DNA of 5,845 nucleotides, taken from positions 1 to 5,845 of the forward strand of contig CAZFVS010000069.1 of the NCBI GenBank assembly GCA_964522265.1, read 5' to 3'. This stretch comes from an uncultured Gammaproteobacteria bacterium (GTDB taxonomy: Bacteria; Patescibacteriota; Microgenomatia; Daviesbacterales; UBA10151). The notes beneath the pieces are model-generated. The model was given only the letters and a program-made list of their open reading frames with translations. It was not told where the DNA came from and did not search any database. Each line of letters opens with the position of its first letter. The first letter of the stretch is position 1. Made by a program: the position numbers and the translations under genes. Of the stretch, positions 1 to 4,735 are shown piece by piece.

Positions 1-58
1 GCTTACCTGGATACATCATAACTTTTTGGAAACTCCTGAACAGCTACAAACTTGGGTC

Positions 59-88
59 TTGACATTGGCTTTAATTTTTTTGTAAAGT
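59..88 (+). promoter_or_regulatory. sigma70-like promoter: TTGACA (59-64), 18-nt spacer, TAAAGT (83-88). The -10 element ends 6 nt before ATG 95.
   Basis: Read directly: perfect -35 hexamer, 18-nt spacer, -10 matching TATAAT at 4/6 positions. Only 6 nt (aggttt) separate the -10 from the start codon, and there is no usable SD. Confidence 0.55.
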
Positions 89-94
89 AGGTTT

Positions 95-643
95 ATGTCT
101 AATCTGACAAGCCAGCTTAAAAATGCTTTATCTTCTGCGATATCCGGTGCAGGAGATGTTGCTTCAACAACCAGGAATGTTACTAAAGAAAATGTAGTTG
201 GAGTGCTTCACGCAGGTGGAGATGTAGCGGCAGCAACCGGAGAACTTGTGACGGATGGAGTAAAAACTGTTGTTGAAGTAGGAGCATCTGTCACAGAAGG
301 AGTGATAGGATTGGTTAGTGGGGTGATTGAGGGTGCAAAGGAGGTTGGGGTGGATGTGGGGACAGTCACCATGAGTGCTACTCACGGTGTTGTTAAGGGG
401 GCCTCGCAGGTTGGGGTGGATGTCGGAGAAACTGCTGTATCAGCAGTTGATGGTTCTGTTAAGGCTGCGGAAACAATCGGGGTGGATGTCGGAGAGCTTG
501 CAAAGCATGCTGTGATGGGAACTCTTAAAGCTTCAGATGAGATTGGCAGCGAAGCCGGCAGTATTGTACGTAAAGCTCTTTTAAATGCTGCTGCACTGCC
601 GCATGATATCATTGATGCTCTCCTAACCGGTAAAACAGAGTAG
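95..643 (+). CDS. Hypothetical repeat protein, 182 aa, made of tandem 22-residue (2 x 11) repeats; Gly/Val/Ala/Asp/Glu-rich; function unknown
   Basis: ORF from ATG 95 to TAG 641-643. Codons are mostly GNN: G+A+V+D+E is about 57% of residues by hand count. No Phe, Tyr, Trp or Cys, and a single Pro. The motif G-x-[DSE]-[VA] recurs every 22 residues (G41, G63, G85, G107, G129, G151). No signal peptide or clear TM segment. A promoter lies immediately upstream. I recognise no family. Confidence 0.8.
   Translation: MSNLTSQLKNALSSAISGAGDVASTTRNVTKENVVGVLHAGGDVAAATGELVTDGVKTVVEVGASVTEGVIGLVSGVIEGAKEVGVDVGTVTMSATHGVVKGASQVGVDVGETAVSAVDGSVKAAETIGVDVGELAKHAVMGTLKASDEIGSEAGSIVRKALLNAAALPHDIIDALLTGKTE
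149..580 (+). repeat. In-frame tandem repeat of 66 nt (22 codons), about 6.5 copies. The best-conserved DNA cores start at 344, 410 and 476.
   Basis: gttggggtggatgt starts at 344 and again at 410, and ggggtggatgtcggaga occurs at 413-429 and 479-495, so the spacing is exactly 66 nt. A gttaagg core recurs within units 1 and 2. The DNA between cores has diverged, but the peptide pattern (GVDVG ... VK[GA]A) persists from about residue 19 to 162. Confidence 0.8.
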
Positions 644-682
644 TCTGCAGATTCTCCTAGGCTTTCTTTTTTAAGCTCAAAA

Positions 683-691
683 TGCTACAAT
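683..691 (+). promoter_or_regulatory. Extended -10 promoter TGcTACAAT. The -10 element ends 6 nt before ATG 698.
   Basis: TG at 683-684 and TACAAT at 686-691, then agccgt, then ATG 698. No convincing -35 (tttctt at 663-668) and no SD. Confidence 0.5.
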
Positions 692-697
692 AGCCGT

Positions 698-1771
698 ATG
701 TTTGAAGCAAAAAACATTCCTAATCTACCAGAGATACAAGGAGAGGAGATACGGGTACGTGTTACCAACTTACTTAATATTGCCAGGGAAAATTGTCAAG
801 ATGTCGGTTTACGGAAAGAATATCCCTTAAACTTTGATACTGAAATTCTTGCCCATGTTAGAAATTTGCTAATACCGCTGGTGGATAAAATTGAGGATAA
901 ATATCCGGGACATATGGCGGGATTGAACAAGGTTAAAGAGATGGATGATCTGGTTGAAAATGCAGAAACCATTGGAGAGATGCTGGGTATTAGTGGACAG
1001 GAGCTAAAGGTATTAAAAATTATTTTGGGGGTGCATGATGTGGGCCGTATGACAGAGTATTTTATGGACTTACCTACTTTGAGAACGGGTATCAGACATG
1101 GAGCTCTTTCTGCACTATTTCTTGAAGATAATCAAGTTTTAACTGATTTAAATCCCGAGGACAGATATGCTGTATTGTTTTCAGCATACTATCATGCTGA
1201 AAAAACTGTACCGGTTCCACAGGAAGATGACCCTCAATTTATCAAGAGAGCGTATGGCTTATGTTACGTACTCCGTGATCTGGACAAATTGCACTTATTC
1301 TTTAATACAGAAGCTTTTGGGACTGCTTCAGGAATTCTCGGGGAGATTACCTCCCATTACCTGCCGCATCTGAAAGATCGAATAAAAGATGAAAAATTCA
1401 AAGCTAGGGCAGAACAACTTATTACCAATATAAGAGACGGTGCGAGCTATATATTACCGGAAAATGAGATAATGGATTATCAAAAGATATACGAAATTCT
1501 TACAAAGCCGGTTAACCCTGCAATTTTGGAGGCTATCCAAAAAGGAGAGCAAGCCAACGTTTTGGATATCAAAACCTCCTGGACTTCGTACCTTGTTTTA
1601 CGAGTGGCGATGATGTTTGATGTCAAAAATGATGCATTATTATCTTTGATTTATGAAAACAAGGACAACTTCTTGACCCCAACAATAAAATATTTAGAAA
1701 AATATGACCCTTCTTCTGCAAAAGTGGTTGAACAGGTGATCGAAAAAATATTTTCCGAAAGATTAGCATAA
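698..1771 (+). CDS. HD-domain metal-dependent phosphohydrolase-like protein, 357 aa, with an unrecognised C-terminal half
   Basis: LGVHDVGR places the HD dyad at H113-D114 (codons 1034-1039). It is followed by RHGALSA (H134), YYHAEK (H166) and LRDLDKL (D194/D196), the usual order of HD-superfamily (PF01966-type) motifs. I cannot assign residues from about 200 to 357 to any family. Confidence 0.6.
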   Translation: MFEAKNIPNLPEIQGEEIRVRVTNLLNIARENCQDVGLRKEYPLNFDTEILAHVRNLLIPLVDKIEDKYPGHMAGLNKVKEMDDLVENAETIGEMLGISGQELKVLKIILGVHDVGRMTEYFMDLPTLRTGIRHGALSALFLEDNQVLTDLNPEDRYAVLFSAYYHAEKTVPVPQEDDPQFIKRAYGLCYVLRDLDKLHLFFNTEAFGTASGILGEITSHYLPHLKDRIKDEKFKARAEQLITNIRDGASYILPENEIMDYQKIYEILTKPVNPAILEAIQKGEQANVLDIKTSWTSYLVLRVAMMFDVKNDALLSLIYENKDNFLTPTIKYLEKYDPSSAKVVEQVIEKIFSERLA

Positions 1772-1791
1772 AATATGAATTTTGCAGTTGC

Positions 1792-1799
1792 GGGGGTGA
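1792..1799 (+). promoter_or_regulatory. Shine-Dalgarno GGGGGTGA, 3 nt upstream of ATG 1803
   Basis: Read directly. The 31-nt gap after the HD gene stop has no promoter-like or terminator-like element, which implies co-transcription. Confidence 0.6.
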
Positions 1800-1802
1800 C
1801 AT

Positions 1803-2234
1803 ATGAGAGTAGACAGGTCCAAATTTAAAAATTTGCCATACATCAAAAAAATCCCCAAGCCTTGGGGTTTCGAACTGCATTTTACTCCCGACAATCTTCC
1901 CTATATGGGAAAAATTTTGCATATTAAAAAGGGTAAAAGACTTTCTTTGCAATTGCATGATAGAAAAATGGAAAGCTGGTTTCTTTCAAAAGGGAAAGCG
2001 GTGATGATCATTGAAAATAACACCGGTGAGATGAAAAATATTGAGATGAAAATGGGTTTTGGCTACACTACTCAGATTGGGCAAAAACATCGCTTAATGG
2101 GGATTACAACCTGTGACATTTTGGAAGTTTCAACTCCTGAAATTGGCAATACTTACCGGTTGGAAGATGACTATGCCAGGGGTACTGAAACTGAGAAGAT
2201 GAGGAAAGATCCCAACAGAGGTTATAATCCTTGA
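1803..2234 (+). CDS. Stand-alone cupin, type II phosphomannose isomerase-like (mannose-6-phosphate isomerase cupin domain), 143 aa
   Basis: PWGFE near the N-terminus. GKRLSLQLHDRKMESW (cupin motif 1 with Q50/H52/E57), GQKHRL (H96) and LEVSTPEIGNTYRLEDDYAR match the conserved pattern of the C-terminal isomerase cupin of ManC-type PMI/GMP enzymes. Confidence 0.7.
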   Translation: MRVDRSKFKNLPYIKKIPKPWGFELHFTPDNLPYMGKILHIKKGKRLSLQLHDRKMESWFLSKGKAVMIIENNTGEMKNIEMKMGFGYTTQIGQKHRLMGITTCDILEVSTPEIGNTYRLEDDYARGTETEKMRKDPNRGYNP

Positions 2235-2235
2235 T

Positions 2236-3039
2236 TTAAGATAGCTGTTGCTTTAAATATTCCAGTGCTCCATATAAACCTGCGCTGTCGCCAAGTTCAG
2301 CTTTGACAACCTCCGGTATTTTGGGGAAAATTTTCAGGGTTTGTCCCAAATGAAATTTAACCCGCTCCAGTGGGATACTATTCATCAATCCTCCACCTAA
2401 AACTATTACATTAGGCGACCAAAGCACTGCGATATTGTTTAACCCGGTTGCCAGAGACTCAGCTACTTTCTCCCAGACAGCAGGATCTTTGATATTTTCC
2501 GGTTTGCTATGGTATTTTTTCTCCAATGTTTCACCCCCCATGTCTTTTTCCCAGGTTAATCCGGTTGTTTTATTTATAATCTGGTTGCCTGGTTCAAAAC
2601 CTGCAGAGTTTGCATCAATTTTTTGTTTAACAATTCTTGTACCGCCTATACCGGTACTGATTGTTAAAAACGCAACAATATCGTAGTTTTTCCCTGCTCC
2701 GGAAATTGCTTCGCCAAGTCCTGCCAAAGCTGCATCGTTTTCCAGAAAGATAGGAGTATCAAAAGCGTCTTGCAGCTTGTCTTTAAAGGGCTTATCTATC
2801 CAGCCAAAAAATGAACGGTCAGTTAAAAAAGATTTGTTGTGATCTAATACCCCTCTGGAACCGCCGCAGACTGCTTGAATTTCCCGGTTTTTTGCCAGAA
2901 TCTTTCCCTGGGTTGTCAGCAGATGAACCACTTCTTCAAAATCTCTTGGTGTCTCCAAGATGACCGATTCCCCAATTGATTCCCCTTCTGAAGCAGCGAT
3001 TCTGATTTTTGTTCCGCCGATATCAAACAGTAAATACAT
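2236..3039 (-). CDS. ROK-family-like sugar kinase (glucokinase-like) lacking the ROK zinc-binding motif
   Basis: N-terminal LFDIGGTKIRIA (phosphate-1 motif), ENDAALAGLGE, STGIGG and VLGGG are typical of ROK/ASKHA kinases. The start is set at ATG 3039-3037. The ORF track begins 9 nt upstream at a TTG (3048), which I consider less likely. Stop is TAA (complement of 2236-2238). Confidence 0.8.
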   Translation of the reverse strand: MYLLFDIGGTKIRIAASEGESIGESVILETPRDFEEVVHLLTTQGKILAKNREIQAVCGGSRGVLDHNKSFLTDRSFFGWIDKPFKDKLQDAFDTPIFLENDAALAGLGEAISGAGKNYDIVAFLTISTGIGGTRIVKQKIDANSAGFEPGNQIINKTTGLTWEKDMGGETLEKKYHSKPENIKDPAVWEKVAESLATGLNNIAVLWSPNVIVLGGGLMNSIPLERVKFHLGQTLKIFPKIPEVVKAELGDSAGLYGALEYLKQQLS

Positions 3040-4663
3040 ATCCTGCAAGCTCCCTGAGCTGTAGCTTATTTAACTGTACAACTTTTGTGTCTCTGTCATC
3101 AAGATAGGTAGAAAGAAGAAGAGTCCCTGTTGTGTGCCCCGAAATTTTTACTGTAATATTTTTTGAAAAATTTAAAACAACCAGTAATCTCTCATTGTGA
3201 TAAAACCTTTCATAAGAGAGGACATTAGGGTGGATATTTAAAAACCTGATAGCGCCATATCTTAAAGCCTTTGAGCTGTTGCGGATACTGATAAGTTTTT
3301 TGTAAAGGTTAAATATTGAGGTTTTATCACTGCTTAGTGTTTTGACATTAACCTGCTGATAATCCTTCGCTACAGGAAGCCAGGTTTTGGATTGAGAAAA
3401 ACCTGCATGGAGTGTTTTATCCCATTGCATGGGTGTTCTCTGGGGGTCGCGGTTTTTGCCCAAAAGGGGCATTGTTTTATGGAGGGGATCCTGCATCTTA
3501 TGTTTTGGAATTTTTACATCCTCCATCCCCAGCTCTTCTCCGAAATATATAAAAGGCATTCCCGGCAATGTGAGTTGGAGCATTGCTGCTGTCCGGGCTT
3601 TGTCTAAGCTTCCCAGGCGGGTGGCAAGTCTGGAATTATCATGGTTGCCTAAAACATAAATCGGGATGGCACCGGGTGGTAACCCGGATTCAAAAGTTTT
3701 TAGTGCAAATTCAAACTTTCTTGCCTCCCAGGGCAGAAACATAAGTTGAAAGTTAAACGGAGCATGGTTTTTCTTTAAACACTCGCGGTACATTTTTTGC
3801 AGCACCCCATTATTGTATTGGAGTTTTTCTTTATCAAACCCGACCATATGGTCAATGCCCGCGTAGGATTCGGTCACCATAAACTTACCGGGGTATTTAG
3901 CAAGAAATCTTGAGATTTGACCCAGTATTTTAAACATCTGGGGTTGGCCTTCAGTGAAACAGTGCAGAAGTGATTCTCTCGGGCGCTGGATGCCTTCAAT
4001 ATAATTTGGATTTTTCGGTTCATCCAAAAACCTCTTATCTTTTATCAGGAACTCAAACGCATCTATTCTGAAACCGTCCACGCCTTGTTTTATCCAATAC
4101 TCCAGCACTCCTAACATAGCATTGACAACCTTGGGGTTTCGCCAATTTAAATCAGGCTGGGATTTTAGAAATGAGTGGAGATAATATTGTCCGCTTTTTT
4201 CATCAAATTCCCAGACCGAATCTCCAAAAATAGCCAGCCAATTATTGGGTGAGGATCCATCTGCTTTAGGGTCTTTCCAGATGTACCAGTCTCTTTTTGG
4301 GTTTTTTAGTTTTGAGCGAGATAAAATAAACCAGGGATGCCGATCTGATGTATGGTTGGGGACATAATCCATTATTATTTTTAGATCTCTTTTATGAGCC
4401 TCTTCTACAAGTTTTTTAAAAACTTTTAAACTGCCGAAGATTGGATCTATAGCGCAGTAATCGGAGATATCATAGCCAAAATCCGCCATGGGCGATTTAT
4501 AAATTGGCGAGAGCCAGATTGCACCAACCCCCAGCTCTCTTAAATAATCCAGCTTTTCAACAATCCCTCCTAAATCCCCAATCCCGTCGTTGTTAGCATC
4601 CTTAAACGATCGGGGGTAGATATGATAAACCACAACCCCACAGTTCCAAACTGATTTTTCCAT
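3023..4663 (-). CDS. GH13 alpha-amylase-family enzyme of the oligo-1,6-glucosidase/alpha-glucosidase subfamily, cytoplasmic
   Basis: All GH13 conserved regions are present: YHIYPRSFKDANNDGIGDL...KLDYL...GYDISDY, DYVPNHTS (region I), GVDGFRIDA (II, nucleophile Asp codon 4061-4063), MVTES (III, Glu codon 3869-3871) and LGNHDNSR (IV, Asp codon 3638-3640). The QPDLNW motif marks the oligo-1,6-glucosidase subfamily. No signal peptide. Start taken as ATG 4663; an in-frame GTG at 4666 is the alternative. Confidence 0.93.
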   Translation of the reverse strand: MEKSVWNCGVVVYHIYPRSFKDANNDGIGDLGGIVEKLDYLRELGVGAIWLSPIYKSPMADFGYDISDYCAIDPIFGSLKVFKKLVEEAHKRDLKIIMDYVPNHTSDRHPWFILSRSKLKNPKRDWYIWKDPKADGSSPNNWLAIFGDSVWEFDEKSGQYYLHSFLKSQPDLNWRNPKVVNAMLGVLEYWIKQGVDGFRIDAFEFLIKDKRFLDEPKNPNYIEGIQRPRESLLHCFTEGQPQMFKILGQISRFLAKYPGKFMVTESYAGIDHMVGFDKEKLQYNNGVLQKMYRECLKKNHAPFNFQLMFLPWEARKFEFALKTFESGLPPGAIPIYVLGNHDNSRLATRLGSLDKARTAAMLQLTLPGMPFIYFGEELGMEDVKIPKHKMQDPLHKTMPLLGKNRDPQRTPMQWDKTLHAGFSQSKTWLPVAKDYQQVNVKTLSSDKTSIFNLYKKLISIRNSSKALRYGAIRFLNIHPNVLSYERFYHNERLLVVLNFSKNITVKISGHTTGTLLLSTYLDDRDTKVVQLNKLQLRELAGYVFTV

Positions 4664-4668
4664 CACCT

Positions 4669-4674
4669 ATTATT
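4669..4674 (-). promoter_or_regulatory. Candidate -10 element AATAAT (minus strand), 5 nt upstream of the GH13 ATG
   Basis: The minus strand reads atagtAAATAATaggtgATG. The AGGTG abuts the ATG directly, too close to act as an SD, so a leaderless or near-leaderless transcript fits better. There is no TG extension and only a poor -35 (TTGCAG with a 19-nt spacer). Confidence 0.3.
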
Positions 4675-4679
4675 TACTA

Positions 4680-4692
4680 TTTTGCGGCAAAA
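4680..4692. promoter_or_regulatory. Perfect 6-1-6 palindrome TTTTGC-g-GCAAAA in the divergent GH13/cPGI intergenic region; candidate operator
   Basis: Read directly. It is the only perfect inverted repeat in the 72-nt intergenic region. It lies just upstream of the candidate minus-strand -10 and about 50 nt upstream of ATG 4736. Confidence 0.35.
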
Positions 4693-4720
4693 ACTGCAAT
4701 AGATAGTGTTTGTTAACTTA

Positions 4721-4729
4721 TGTTAGAAT
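4721..4729 (+). promoter_or_regulatory. Extended -10 promoter TGtTAGAAT. The -10 element ends 6 nt before ATG 4736.
   Basis: TG at 4721-4722 and TAGAAT at 4724-4729, then agtttt, then ATG 4736. No SD and no good -35. Confidence 0.5.
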
Positions 4730-4735
4730 AGTTTT

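Noticed and set aside
1-94. Possible gene fragments at the 5' edge: a plus-strand frame ending at TAA 19-21, a plus-strand frame open to TAG 89-91, or a minus-strand start ATGATG at 19-14 running off the window
   Set aside because: At most 6-30 codons are visible and no motif is recognisable, so I cannot tell which of them, if any, is real. I therefore did not annotate them.
318-361. Cluster of G-runs (GGGG 320-323, GGG 331-333, GGGG 347-350, GGGG 358-361) as a potential G-quadruplex on the coding strand
   Set aside because: The middle loop is 13 nt, outside the canonical G3+N1-7 rule. The G-runs are fully explained by consecutive Gly/Val/Glu codons of the repeat protein.
164-612. Two antisense ORFs (164-385 and 382-612, minus strand) opposite the repeat-protein gene
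   Set aside because: These are shadow ORFs. The plus strand here is extremely G-rich and C-poor because of GNN codons, which keeps the antisense frames open. Their translations are low-complexity (S/T/P/A-rich) and have no start-site signals.
644-697. T-rich tract ctttctttttt (662-672) after the repeat-protein stop, considered as an intrinsic terminator
   Set aside because: No stable GC-rich hairpin precedes the T-run. Only the CTGCAG and CCTAGG self-palindromes (no loop) and a 4-bp GCTT/AAGC stem are present. It may still weakly terminate, but the sequence does not support a call.
4693-4702. The string CTGCAATAG (4694-4702) resembles CTACAATAG of the 683-693 promoter, suggesting a second plus-strand -10 in the divergent region
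   Set aside because: There is no start codon at the corresponding distance. The in-frame GTG at 4706 runs into TAG 4724-4726. The similarity is short and could be chance in AT-rich DNA.
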